A stretch of 63,092 bases of DNA, counting the filler, from Reticulomyxa filosa (Eukaryota; Protista; Foraminifera), in the NCBI GenBank assembly GCA_000512085.1. It is 24 parts of 24 records of this genome, joined end to end, with 100 filler letters (N's around TTAATTAATTAA, not from the genome) between each part and the next. Parts side by side here need not be neighbours in the genome. Positions count along the whole stretch, not along the records: positions 11,677 to 13,933 come from ASPP01017801.1; positions 14,034 to 16,309 come from ASPP01023765.1; positions 16,410 to 17,751 come from ASPP01045479.1; positions 17,852 to 19,460 come from ASPP01028006.1; positions 19,561 to 21,658 come from ASPP01000902.1; positions 21,759 to 25,291 come from ASPP01018593.1; 18 more parts are not named here. One strand, given 5' to 3'. Positions 12,650 to 25,391 of the stretch are shown here, in pieces (position 1 is the first letter of the stretch; each line of letters opens with the position of its first letter). The position numbers and the translations under genes are program-made. The notes under the pieces were generated by a model. It had not been told where the DNA came from, searched no databases, and worked only from the letters and a program-made list of their open reading frames with translations.

Positions 12650-13892
12650 ATGTCTACTTCGACGTTAAAGGCAGAACCAGTGGCAACAAATCATTTCTTT
12701 AAGCTTCTCCGTGATCAATATCAAGATTTGTATAAATTAGTAAGTCAAAATGGTTGGCGCGTTTGCGTGCCGCATAGTAGTAGCATTGGCGACACGCCAT
12801 TGACGGAGCAGTTTCTGAAGTCCCACATAATGCAAAACAGTCCATTTTTCAAGGATGAGTTTATAACAAGTAACCGACAAAAGGTGACGATTCGCGAGGG
12901 TGTGGTATCGACAAAGAGCGGGTTCGAAACGCCAAGTACGGCAAAGATATTGTCAGAAGAGTTATTTTACACGAATGATTCCAAGTTTGTCGTATATTGC
13001 ATTTCAAACCCATTAGTGGTAATTGCTGGGAGTGACGATTTAAAATCCAGACCATCGTCTTCAGGAAGCGGAGGAAGCGGAGGGCCAGACACCGGTGGGA
13101 ACAATAATGGGGGTGCGCAAAGTCGCAGTCTATTTTTTGGTGTGTCGCGAGGGGCCATGTCGGAGACAGGTCCAAGAATGTACCAATGGAAGAGTAAAGA
13201 GACCACGGCGGTGGAATATCGAAGTGTGGAGCAATGGAAGCAAGTATTGAAAACAGAGTTGTCGCAACACGAGTATCAACAAATGCGAGTGTGGTTGGAC
13301 GACTTTGTGACAACGTTTACAAAGTCGCACGTGATGTTCAAAGGCTACACATCATGGACAAGTCAGAAGATCAAAGAATATCGCGACAAAGCCGTGCAAT
13401 CCAAACTGTTGAACATTCCCAAATTCCGAAACCATCTCACGTATGCCCAGCAAAATGAACTGTCCATGGCCTTTGATTGTCTCTTGCATTCGCGAGTGTA
13501 TTCTTTCATTTTCCAACAATTGATCATCCACATGAAAACTGAAGACGAGCTCTTATCTCGTAAAATTAGGGCCATTCAACAAGAGCATCTGCTTTCTCCT
13601 CAGTCAAATGTAATGTTAATGTCAATGTTAATACTAATGCAAATGTCAATGTCAATGTTAATGCTAATACTAATGCTAATGCTAATGCTAATGCTAATTC
13701 TAATGCCAATGCCACACTGCAAAAACTTGTTGGAATTCGGGATCATTTCATTTGCGATCTCACCTCTCCGGTACAACATCTGGCCACCATTGGCCAATGT
13801 CATACCCCCATCTCCAAGTTAGGGTGCCTGCGAAAAACGTCGCAACTCATTCAAGACGCTGTCGATCATCATTGCAAACTTTCCAAAAATTG

Positions 13893-13933
<41 letters not shown>
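12650..13933 (+). CDS. ANKRD27: VARP/ANKRD27-like protein N-terminus (leading into a probable VPS9 domain), 3' partial
   Basis: NHFFKLL, VCVPHSSS, FITSNRQKVTI, GF, ILSEELFY and VYCISNPL match the remembered VARP N-terminal pattern NPFY..L/VLVP/FQTLNGK/ILFEETFY/ILCIAHPL. The microsatellite at 13605-13712 probably causes a frameshift. Confidence 0.7.
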
Positions 13934-14033
13934 NNNNNNNNNNNNNNNNNNNNNNNNNNNNNNNNNNNNNNNNNNNNTTAATTAATTAANNNNNNNNNNN
14001 NNNNNNNNNNNNNNNNNNNNNNNNNNNNNNNNN

Positions 14034-15300
14034 TAGCGACTTTGCGGGTTCTTAACGTGGATTATTTCACATGGTGCATACCTCAATGGAAGCTGCTGGA
14101 TGGATGTGACAATGTCAAGCGCAGTGCCAACAATGATGACGACAACGATAACGCAGTCCATATTCCTTCTACTCATTTGTCAATTACTTCAATACATTGG
14201 GCTGGGTTGTGTGCTCTAATATTTGGGTACCATTGCTGTTGGTGTGCGGAAGAGATGTAATGTTGTTGAGCATTTATTGCAAAAAGCAACAAGTCGTGCC
14301 AATCGATAAACGGATCAATGATCTAAAAATTGCTCCATATTTGCCGAAAGAAACAAAGACTTGGATATTGGCAATGTGTTGGTGACGCTGGGCCCTGCTG
14401 AGTGAAATACGTGGGCAATATTTTTGTCAACAGTGGAGCCCTCTCTCATCTCAAAGACGCCGTCGCTATGGATACGAACGAATTGTTGGTTTCAAAAACC
14501 GAATCACTTGGATTCGAAAAGTGGAATGGTCTGCCATTGACAAGACCGCCACTCAAAGAAATGGTAGCTCTAGGGAAGAGCCTTTCAGTGATAATAGCTT
14601 CCCTCAAGTCATAGCTCAATTGTTCCAAATAACGGAATACTTGATGGAAGAACTATCATTGAAATCAACGCGCATTCCAACACAAGGGTTCAAGATATTT
14701 CGTTGGTCATTTGTGCGCCTGTCTCTTTCCTGTTACCTGATGCTATAATTCGTGATTGGGTGCATTGCTTGAAAAAGTTTTTGTTTTATGTGTACATATT
14801 TAAATAAAACATCTTTATAACGTATATTTATTATTTATGTGTGTTATATGTTGCTTGAACTTTTTCAATAGATCTTTAAAGGTATGCAAATGGAAATGGG
14901 CAAGTTGCTGTTAATATTGCCATTGATGTTGAAGTGAATCCCCAGCAAAAATGGTTATGGTAATAGCAACGGTGCATTGATTATGGATCATGGTGTTATT
15001 CTTTAAACAACGTATAATTTGGAAAAAAAAGAAGGTCTATATCAGTGTAATGTGCTCATGACTGATTGAAAGGGTGAGCCGCGCAACCTATATTCCAAGT
15101 TATAATATTTTTTTATAATAATGTGATTGGAAAAACTTAAACATGTATGATGGATAAACGCGTATATAATATAGGTCTCAACGAACACTACACATGTTCA
15201 TCGAATACTGGAAAGTGGTGGTTGCGGTGCCAGCAAGGAAGGTGAAGTGGAGTCAAATAATGCCAAGTTTATGGCATGTCCAATTTCAAGTATTTATACT
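14034..15300 (+). pseudogene. Degenerate coding relic, possibly WD40-like
   Basis: Coding-like composition broken by many stops and frameshifts; fragments SITSIHW and WIRKVEWS. Confidence 0.3.
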
Positions 15301-15599
15301 TGCCTCAAATATTGTGTGTTTGTCCCAATTGTAATTTATTTTTTTAAAAAAAATAATAACATCAATATCTCTCCAGCTTACCTAATTTCTTTCGCATCAT
15401 ATTCATTGCAAAAATTTCTGAATTTTAATATTAAATCTAAAAAAAACTTCAAATCGAATCTCTGCAAATTTTTGTTTCCACTTGTGTCTTTGAAAAAACT
15501 TGGTAATATGCAATAGACTTTTAATATTGCTTAGAGTTAGTACCAAGAAAAAAATAAGTGCTCTAAAAAAGCCACGCGTAAGCGTCGATTATGCGAAAT

Positions 15600-16300
15600 A
15601 GGAATCAACTCTTACCATTATTCCTGGCAAAAAAAATCTCGAGTAGTATCTTCTTGCTGTCAAGAATACGTACAAGAGAAAGGAACAAAAAGACTAGAAA
15701 GAAAAAGTCTGAATCCAATGAAGCAATGAGAACAAAAATATCAGTAATATTGGTTGGGGCCAGAGAAGTTAATTTTATAATATTGAGAAGGGAGTTTCCA
15801 CAACCGAATAGTTTTGTCATTGAAGCTGATACCATTTTAAATCTATCAGACGAAAATTGTATAGAAGTAATATCCTTCCAATTTTTGAGAGCTGTTTTTC
15901 AGATGCTGCATCCCAATTCAGATAATTTGGAAATAACGTTTTGAATATGAATATCGATCCATTGATCATTAAATACTTCATATGCTTGTGCTTTTGGAAT
16001 TCCACTCTCTAGACCATATTGTTTTACCAATGATGGTAAGATAGTTAAAATAAGCTGAACAAGAAATGGCTCTTCCATCATTTTTTGTATGTTTATTTAA
16101 TGTCCAATCTTTTCTTATTTCTAAATTGAATTCACTGTTTTGTAAATGACCATAAGTACAGCATTGATGTATTATTTTGGTTTACATTAAATTATTTTTA
16201 ACAGCATTATCATTCAATATTATGTAAGACTGTGACCTGTTCATTTTTATTTCCAATTCTTGTATCTTATTCTTTGCATCTGCATTATCAGCTTTCTGTT
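15600..16300 (-). pseudogene. NACHT-associated (STAND-type) protein relic
   Basis: MLYLWSF, KMMEEPFLVQLILTILP, QAYEVFNDQWIDIHIQNVISKLSEL, LLEIFFAR; multiple stops and frameshifts. Confidence 0.5.
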
Positions 16301-17851
16301 TGTATTTAANNNNNNNNNNNNNNNNNNNNNNNNNNNNNNNNNNNNNNNNNNNNTTAATTAATTAANNNNNNNNNNNNNNNNNNNNNNNNNNNNNNNNNNN
16401 NNNNNNNNNTAGAATTGAAAAAAAAGTAAATGGCAATGAACAAAGATCAAATGATGATAGTTGTATTAATTTATGTTATGGTTCCAGCAAATGCTTAATT
16501 CATATTTGGGGATGACACATAGAATGAAATTTATTTTTTTTATAGCAATTTCTGTGAAATGAAAAACAACAATGAAAGTTTGTTGAATTCCATTTTCTAA
16601 TTTGTTAATTGACATGTATTATTTCGTCATATGTTGGATATGTGTTACTATTTGAGAAAGCAGAAAATAGTATCCAGACAAATAACATTTTTTAAAGAAT
16701 TACAAATTCAAACTTTTAGATTTACTTTATTGTTTTACGCATTTTCTTTATAAAGAGTAATTCTTGGACTGTTACTCTTCCAAATCGATATAGAAAAGAA
16801 CGATTATCGACAACAAAGTAAAATGGACTACTAACTTCAATATTATTACTCCGAATGGCGCAATATGAGAAAACGCATAAAGGACAATATGCATGGAATG
16901 CAAAAGAGAGTGAAGATGAATACATACAATATGGTCAGTGTATTCAACAAATTAGATGGCAATTATCATATCAATGTATTTTAATAATATGGTCACTGAT
17001 GATCACTTGCCTGCCTATTGATCCATCTTCAAATATTAACTGATTTTAAACGGATCGTTTCGTCTAAAAAAACGACTTGACTTTTTGAGGATCCCCCGAT
17101 AAAAAAAGCGGTTTTGTTTTCGTAATAAGCAAGGAGAAATTTGTTAACCAAGTCTGTACTTTTTTTTGTGTAAAAATCTATTCTATTTCGGAACGCTCAC
17201 TGACCTTGGTGTTAACACCAGAACACCAGGTATAAGATGTTCATACAATAAAAGTCAAAGCATGGAAAATGATTTTTTTTTTGTTTTTTTGTCATTAATG
17301 TGTGTGGATGTTATATGAGTTGCGTATTTGCGAAGCAGTAAAAAAAATTACCATTAACAATAATTTTTTTGTCAGTAGCATTTGAAATTATTTTTTAACT
17401 TTGTATAAAAGATAAATAATTTTTGTTAGTTTTAAATTGTAAAATGTTTGCAATAACAAAAAGGTAATAGAAATATTTTAATTCAAAATTGTCAACAATT
17501 AATAATTTGTTTTTTCCACACAAGTTATAAATTTAATATGATCTGAAGAAAAAGCATAAAAACTGACACATTAATCAATTTGTAGCTATATTTATCACAG
17601 TGCTTATGAAATAACTTAAATTAGTACTACAAGTTGTTGGGTCTTTCCGCCTAGGTAAATCTTTTTCAAGTTTTACGTCCAATTATAAAAAAATAAAAAA
17701 AAAGCGATCAATAATTTCAAACTTGGATTATCATTCAATTTCTTTATCAACNNNNNNNNNNNNNNNNNNNNNNNNNNNNNNNNNNNNNNNNNNNNTTAAT
17801 TAATTAANNNNNNNNNNNNNNNNNNNNNNNNNNNNNNNNNNNNNNNNNNNN

Positions 17852-18900
17852 TTCAATCTATTTCATCTAATTTTCAATATTTTCAATCTCAATCTAAACT
17901 GTTCCCATTTATTACTTCTCAATCTTTTGTCGTTCAGTTCGTGGTGATGATCACGTGGTTTTGACATCCAATTCAACATTATCCGTTCTCCAATTATTAA
18001 TTAGACGATGAACATAATGTGATATCAATACTTGATGTCACATTGTCTTTTATGGATGCACAGTCAAATGGCAATGTATTGACAATATGTAATTCATTGG
18101 ATACAATGAAATCAAGAATACATTCACCCACATCATCCAACCATGCAGGATGATGATCATTCCAATCTCCTCCAATGATAATATATTCAGTCATTTTTAT
18201 AGCAGATTATAATTCTTGTTCGAATGCTTGAATACTAAATATTTTACACTGCAAATTTCGATAAAACTGCACAGTTTCTTTTGATCATGAAATTTCCACC
18301 CAACACGATTCATAACCAGATACATTGAATGTAATGAGTGAATGCAAATCCTTCGACATAACACTCCAGTGATGAGAATAAAGATACTGGAAATTATAAT
18401 CGATATCCTTCTTCTTTGATCTAAATCCTTCTTGCAATAGACAGATATGGGGTTGCTTATAATGCAAATTTTGTTCTAATGTTTGGGCCTTGGAATGAAA
18501 TCCGTTGATGTTGTTCTGGAACACCAATAGACTACTGATCATTGATCTGCTTTCATATTGGTATCCGCAATATTGATTTAATCTCTTGATCGATTTCCAA
18601 TTCCCATCTGAATTAACGTCGGGTTAATTGATTGCAATAAGGATTGTAATTGCTGGAATGCTGACTTAATCTCTGCTAATTCACGTCTTAACAATGAAAT
18701 TTCATCAGCATCAGATTTTTTGTTCTTCAGCCTTTGATCTTTTTTATTCTTCTTTTATTCTTCTTTCTATTGGATTTGCCTTTATCGAATGGTTCCACTT
18801 TCACCATTGAATATCAATAATCTTCCAATGTCTCCTTGATTTCATCATCGCTTTCGCGGGTTGATACTCCTCAAAGCATGACATATCTATTCACTTCAGG
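17852..18900 (-). mobile_element. Degenerate non-LTR (LINE) retrotransposon: APE endonuclease domain plus upstream ORF1-like remnant
   Basis: QNNINGF, ICLLQE, IIGGDWNDHHPAW, SSIDITLCS; frameshifts. Confidence 0.85.
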
Positions 18901-18904
18901 ATTT

Positions 18905-19420
18905 AAAAAAAATTAATTTAAACATCCTTCATCATCGAGATAAACTTTTGAAAAAAAAAGTTGTATTTTGAAGGAATACAAGTACAAAACAACTAAATAC
19001 TACAACATCTAGCAGATCTGAAAGAATCTCGAAGTTAATCTTCGATTATTAACAACGATTTTCGTCGTCAACAAGATTGTGGCGAAAACAGAAACAAAGA
19101 AAATACTTTCAAACTACTAAAAAAAAAAAAATTTTTTAACTAGTGAAATTTTTTCTACTAGTTGAAAACTTTCATATATCTGATATTGCGATTTTGCGCG
19201 AGATCAGATATATACAAGATAACAAACGAAACACCCAAAATGAACAGTCGATTAACAAGAAAGAATTTCGAACAAAATTAAGCCACTTTTCTATTAAATA
19301 AGCCGAAATGGCAATATAAACAACATTCACATGCTTTTTTTTAATAATGTTTGAATTTTATTTTTTGTTTTAATTTGTTAAAAGGTGAATTAAATCTCAA
19401 TATTTCCATAAGACTTCAAC
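18905..19420 (-). repeat. Putative LINE 5' region, copy 1
   Basis: Aligns by eye with 21420-21658. Both copies lie 5' of minus-strand LINE fragments. Confidence 0.75.
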
Positions 19421-20496
19421 ACTTCAAAAACAAGGCTCAGAGGATTCAGTTAAGCATTAGNNNNNNNNNNNNNNNNNNNNNNNNNNNNNNNNNNNNNNNN
19501 NNNNTTAATTAATTAANNNNNNNNNNNNNNNNNNNNNNNNNNNNNNNNNNNNNNNNNNNNAAAAAAAAAAAAGCAAATTTTTGGAGGAGGCTTTGGCCTC
19601 CGGTTTCAAAGCGCGAGTAAGCCATAGGCTTCCGAGCGCGAGGCGACTTACATGTGCGTTTTATCGTGTCCAAGGTCCCACAAACTCCAAAGAAGCACAC
19701 AAATGTTGTTTTGTGTTGTCAAACCACTTGGGACTCCTCGAATGCGACTTACAGATTGCAAAGTTGACACTGAAAGTATGAAATAAATTTTGCGTAAGGA
19801 AATTTTTTTCCAATGAAATTACTGTTTAAATGATGACATTTTAGATTTCGAATTTATTTTGTTTGGTTTTAGTAATTTGGGGGTTGTTTTTGTTAGAATT
19901 TTTTTTATACTATCCTTATAAAGAATAATGCATCGCAGCAGAATGAAGAAAGGGGCCCCTCATATTCTTGCACAACGCGACACTCAGCCATTACACTGAG
20001 CATGCCATTATATCTTTGTACAAGGGAGGTTTAAAATAAATCTTTGACGGTTCGACTTCTTTTTTATCTTTTTTCAAATTAAAATTTTTTGTAATTTTAT
20101 TTTGTTGTTAGTTGAAGAGTTGTTCTATGATTTTATAATTACAAATTGTGCGAACATTTTAATTGTTTTGAAATTATTAGGAGGTAACGGCTTTTGCATA
20201 TAATGTTGAACAACCAACAATCACAACTTGCAATTGACCTGATAGTGCCTTCTTTTCAAATTTTCTAAGTAAAATTCAATTTTTTATTTTGTTTTTACCA
20301 CTTTACTGCAAAATTGTAATGAGAAGTACTGCGTTAAATCTTTGACGAGGTGCTTCTTTTAACTTGGAAAGGAACCTTTACCTTGGCTTTTATCCACCAT
20401 CTAAAAAAATTAAAAAAATAACACTGCATATGTCACAATATTGTGGTCGAATGAAAAATGTCATCGCAATAATAACTCCGATGTGTTATGCCATGA

Positions 20497-21400
20497 CTAG
20501 AATAGATTGTTTTCATTCAAATACCATATCAATCTCATTGCAATAATCCTTTCCAATAATTTACCGACACAAAATAGCAATGCAATTGGTCTATAGTTCT
20601 TGCAGATGCTGTGATCTCTGGTATTGGAACAATGTTTACATTCTTTCATAATTTGGGCGTATCCAACTCTAAAGTTCCAATCGAATAATAATACAAGTGA
20701 ATCAATCATTGCTTGACCACCATTCTTTATCATTTGATTATGGATGTTATCTGGGCCTTGTGCCTTGTTTACTGAGATATGTCTCAATGCTTCAATAACT
20801 TCTTCTTCCGTTATTTCACTTTGGTGATGTTCATTCCAATTTGGAGATCTCAACAGCTGAAGCTATTTCATCTTCGACCAATTGATAATGTTCTTCTGTT
20901 TCAGTTGAATAATCAGGAGGCTTGAGCAAACCATGATACTAATAACTCCAACTTACAATATCTGATCTTGCTATTTGATTGGTTTTATGTAACACAATGG
21001 CCGAAATTACTGTAATCTTATTTGAATTAATGGATCTAAATTGCAAGAATAATTGCTTCGTATTTCCTTCTTGCAATGATCCAATTGACTTGACCATATA
21101 CTCCTGCTTCTCTTGTTTTAATCGTTTTAATCTTCAATTCACCCATAGTCTTTTTGTATTTCCAATAATTGGTATTTGTTCTGATCTTTCTAAACTTTTT
21201 TTTTAATCAATGAACTTGCTTTCTTTTTCTTCTTAAGGCGTCGCTCCACCATGGTTTGTCCTTTATTCACTATCTTTGTTCCAATACTTTTCCACAATGC
21301 ACTTTGTGCATGAATCAACAGCAATGTCCAATAACTGTGAAAGCCATATTGGCAATGATTGTTTCTATTCTTCCAATTTCCTTCGCAAAATGGTTCTATA
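20497..21400 (-). mobile_element. Degenerate LINE ORF2 (EN-RT linker and RT N-terminus)
   Basis: ITEEEVIEAL, NKAQGPDNI, NYRPIALLFCVGKLLERII; stops and frameshifts. Confidence 0.85.
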
Positions 21401-21419
21401 TACTTCCCATAAAAAAAAA

Positions 21420-21658
21420 ATAAAAAAAAATTTATTTAAACATCCTTCATCATTGAGATAAACTTTTGAACAACTAGATACTGCAACATCTAGCAGTATC
21501 TGAAAGAAGTTCGAAGTTAATCTTCGATTATGAACAACAATTTTTCGTCGCCAACAAGATTGTGGCGAAAACAGAAACAAAGACAAAGATACAAAGAAAA
21601 TACTTTCAAACTACTAAAAGAGGTGAATTGAATCTCAATATTTCAATGAGACTTCAAC
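21420..21658 (-). repeat. Putative LINE 5' region, copy 2 (internally deleted)
   Basis: Shares AAACATCCTTCATCAT...CAAGATTGTGGCGAAAACAGAAAC...GGTGAATT.AATCTCAATATTTC with copy 1. Confidence 0.75.
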
Positions 21659-21785
21659 NNNNNNNNNNNNNNNNNNNNNNNNNNNNNNNNNNNNNNNNNN
21701 NNTTAATTAATTAANNNNNNNNNNNNNNNNNNNNNNNNNNNNNNNNNNNNNNNNNNNNAAAAAAAAAAAAAAAAAAAAAAAAAAA

Positions 21786-24700
21786 GATACTTTGAATGCA
21801 AACTGGGACACGGCTATTTTGCACGTGTCGTCGATGTGGATTCAATAGTGAAAACACGCGCAGAAATGCAGAATGAGAAACAGCCCGAGACAATCCCAGA
21901 AGACCTGGAAATGGAACCTCCTTCGAATTATCAGTCGGCGGATAGATCAAGCGTGGTGATTACCGAAGACAAAAATGCGCAAGACGACGATTTTGAATTG
22001 AATCGTCAGTTTACCGCCATCAGCAAAGATGAAGAAAAAGTTGAATCAGAACTAGTTGTTGATGTGGGCAGCATTATCGTGTTGAAGAATGGATTTGAAG
22101 GAGTTGAGATCTTATTATTTTGTAAACACATTTTGGATTGAAGTGAAAATGCAACTGTTTTGGTTTTTTAGATTGTCAGATACTCTGGCACTCCTGACTT
22201 TGGCAAAGGTGAAAAATTTGTCGGCGTGGAACTCAACGAATGGGACGAAAATGCGGGCGATGGGTCGAAAAATGGAAAGTGGTACTTTAGTTGCAAAACC
22301 GGACGAGGACTGTTTGTCAAACCCAAAGACATTAGCAAGGTTTTGAAGGTCCCTTCCAACTTAAAGTATTTGGACCTGAATTATTTGTTGAACGAAGAGT
22401 ACGATCCACGAACGGGCAACAGGGTCGGCATGGAAGAGCGGCTCAAGATTTTGGAGGAAAAAGAGAAGGAGTTGCAAAAGGAAGAATTGAGCAAAATGAT
22501 CGAAAAATTGCAAGTGAATGATCGTGTTGAAATAGCTGCAGGACGAACAGGTTTATTTTAATAATCATTTATGATTTTTTAATTATAATTTTGTTTTGTT
22601 TATTCAAATGAATAAATGATACCAAAAAAAAAAAATATGTACACATAATAATACATATATACATATGTATGTATATGTATATGTATATGTATATGAAAGG
22701 AACGATTCGATATATTTCACCAAATGGAATCAATGACAATGAAAGCATTGGAATCGAATTAGATAAACCGCTCGCTCAAGGTCATGATGGCAAAGGCAAG
22801 TTTTCGACGAGACATGGCTACGGACTGTTTGTAACGACGAAAGACATTCACAAAGTGTTCCCACAATTGTCCGAACTGAACTTGTATGCAGCGGTACAAT
22901 CGAATCGCGAATTTGTGGCTGTGAACAAGTTGGATCGCGTCCGCATGCAAGGTGGTCGCACTGGCATCGTCCGCTACATGGGACCTTTGGTCGAATTGAG
23001 CGAGATCAACAAAGATTATCTTGGAGTGGAACTGGACGAGTGGGATGCCAATGCTACGGCTGGGACATTCAAAGGACGCAAATACTTTGATGTAAATTCC
23101 AATCGAGGCGCATTTATTCATCGATCTCAAGTAATTGAAAATTTGGGCAACACAGAAGCGATAGGAAAAGACATTGCGCCACCAAAGCCATATAACGGCG
23201 ATTTGAGCCAAGGCAAGTTTGTAAAGACCAAATATTACGGCATTGGCAAAGTGCTGTTTATTGGATTTGGAAGTCTCAGCGACGGCGAAATTATTGGATT
23301 GGAATTGCAACATTGGTGGCCCAATGGAGGTGATGGGACTGTAGATGGTAAAGAGTATTTCAAATGTCAGCATGGCTATTCGTATTTTTGTTCGCGAAAA
23401 GACATTGAAAGAGTCGTAGACGAATCGGAGGCACGCAGCACCGACGAAAAGCAAACCGACAACCCTGCGGCGGCGGCGGCGGCGGGGGTCTGCAACAGCT
23501 GCCAGTCGTCAAAGATCGCGTGCGCATATTCGACGGACAGACAGGAGTGATTCAGTTTATTGGAACCACGGAGTTTGCCGAAGGGACATGGATCGGACTC
23601 GTGTTGGATGACTTTTCAGCCAATGCCACGGATGGCACAGTCAAGAGCACTTCTTACTTTAGAACACATCCACATCGAGGCTTTTTCGCGCCGCCAAAGC
23701 ATCTCATCGAAAACTTGGGTTCGATTATCAACGAACCATTCAACATGGTGCCACAGGCCAATAGTGCCAAGCACGACATCCACTTAAACGTCGGAGATCG
23801 CATCCTGTTGGCGGAAGGAGGCGTCGGCGTTGTCAAATATATTGGCACAGAGACAAGCAACGACTCGAGTGAGCCCCTCATTGGAGTGGAGTTGGACACG
23901 TGGGACCCCAATGCCAACGACGGAACATTCCATGGACAAACCCTGTTTCAAACCAAAATGGGTAGAGGCTTGTTCACTCGACGACAGTCAGTGTTGCAAG
24001 TGCTGTCGTCCAAATCCGATGCAGAGTCATTGTTCAAAAAAGAAGAAGAAGAAGCAGGAGGAGGAGGAGCAGAAGGAAGTGAAAAAACACCTCAAGAAGG
24101 AGATCACGTTTTGTTACATTCGGGCGAAGAAGGGATTGTTCAGCAAACGGGTAAGGAGATTCTTATTGTGACATTGATCGGAAGTAGCACCAACGAAGAG
24201 AAAAAACCCAAACCAATCAAACTGGCCGACGTGAAGCAAAACTTGGGCAAACATCAGACACCATTGCAACAGGAATTGCTGAAACATTAAAAGTCGACGA
24301 TCATGTGAGATTGATGCGAGGACGGACCGGCAAGGTAAAGTATATTGGCCCTGTGGGTGACGAACCCGAAATGATTGGTATCGAAATGGACTCATGGAAT
24401 CCCAGCGGACACAATGGCAAGGGTCTTTTTACCGCTGCCGACGATCGCGGATATTTTGCAAAGCGCTCCGAAATTATCGAAATCATTAAGCAGACCGCCG
24501 GCTTAGAGCAATCACAAATCCAACTACAGCGACATAAGCAAATCCTTAGTCTGCAAAAACGGCTATACAAAATGGACCAGCTCGAGAAAAAATTGCGCTC
24601 CGGCATCGAATTGGGCACCGACCAACGCCAATTTTTGCAACGCAAAATCGCTGTTCAACGCCAATTGCGAGATTTGACAGAGGCATTTGAACTCAACTAT

Positions 24701-25245
24701 CCTTCCGTCGAAATCGACGATGTAGTCAGACGCGAGTCGAGCACGACGCTGAATATCCCATCGAATGTGCCACCTGCAAAACCATCTGCGACGCAAAAAG
24801 CCCCAGCCGTGAAAGCCGGTGATAGGATCATTCTCGATACAGGAGACATTGGCAAGGTTGTGTTTGTGGGGTCGGTCAGCTTTGACGACCGGGAAATGTT
24901 TGGCATTTTGTTGGATAATTGGTCTCCCAACGGTCACGACGGAACTGTGGATGGCACGCAATACTTTGTGGCGCCTGAGGGAAGAGGCCTGCTTGTCCCC
25001 CTTGAATCAGTGAAGGATTTGTACGATGAGACTAAAATGATGGCCAAGCAAAAGAAGAAAAAACAAGCCGCGAAAAGTGACAAGCGACGGAAGTCGGTGG
25101 AATTGAAACCCGTCAATGAAGACGAGGAGGAAAGCAACGAGGAGACCAAAAAAGATGAACCAAAGCCCGCCCAAATATATGAAGGTGATAATGGGATGTA
25201 TCCTGATTTACCACAAGTGGGCCAAGCAATTAATGTTGGAGGTGT
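21786..25245 (+). CDS. Multi-CAP-Gly protein (at least 8 CAP-Gly domains), partial; introns ~22104-22171 and ~22551-22699; homopolymer frameshifts near 23485 and 24284
   Basis: Repeated units of the form V(G/N)DRV, G.VRYIG, IGVELD.W, DG, YF, GLFV. Confidence 0.9.
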
Positions 25246-25391
25246 GTATAAGTTGACATATATACATATATATGTATATATATATATATATNNNNNNNNN
25301 NNNNNNNNNNNNNNNNNNNNNNNNNNNNNNNNNNNTTAATTAATTAANNNNNNNNNNNNNNNNNNNNNNNNNNNNNNNNNNNNNNNNNNNN

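Noticed and set aside
17050-17230. Small hairpins and palindrome TGGTGTTAACACCA; similar weak stems at 19921-20000
   Set aside because: Single copies with no recognisable ncRNA motifs; insufficient support.
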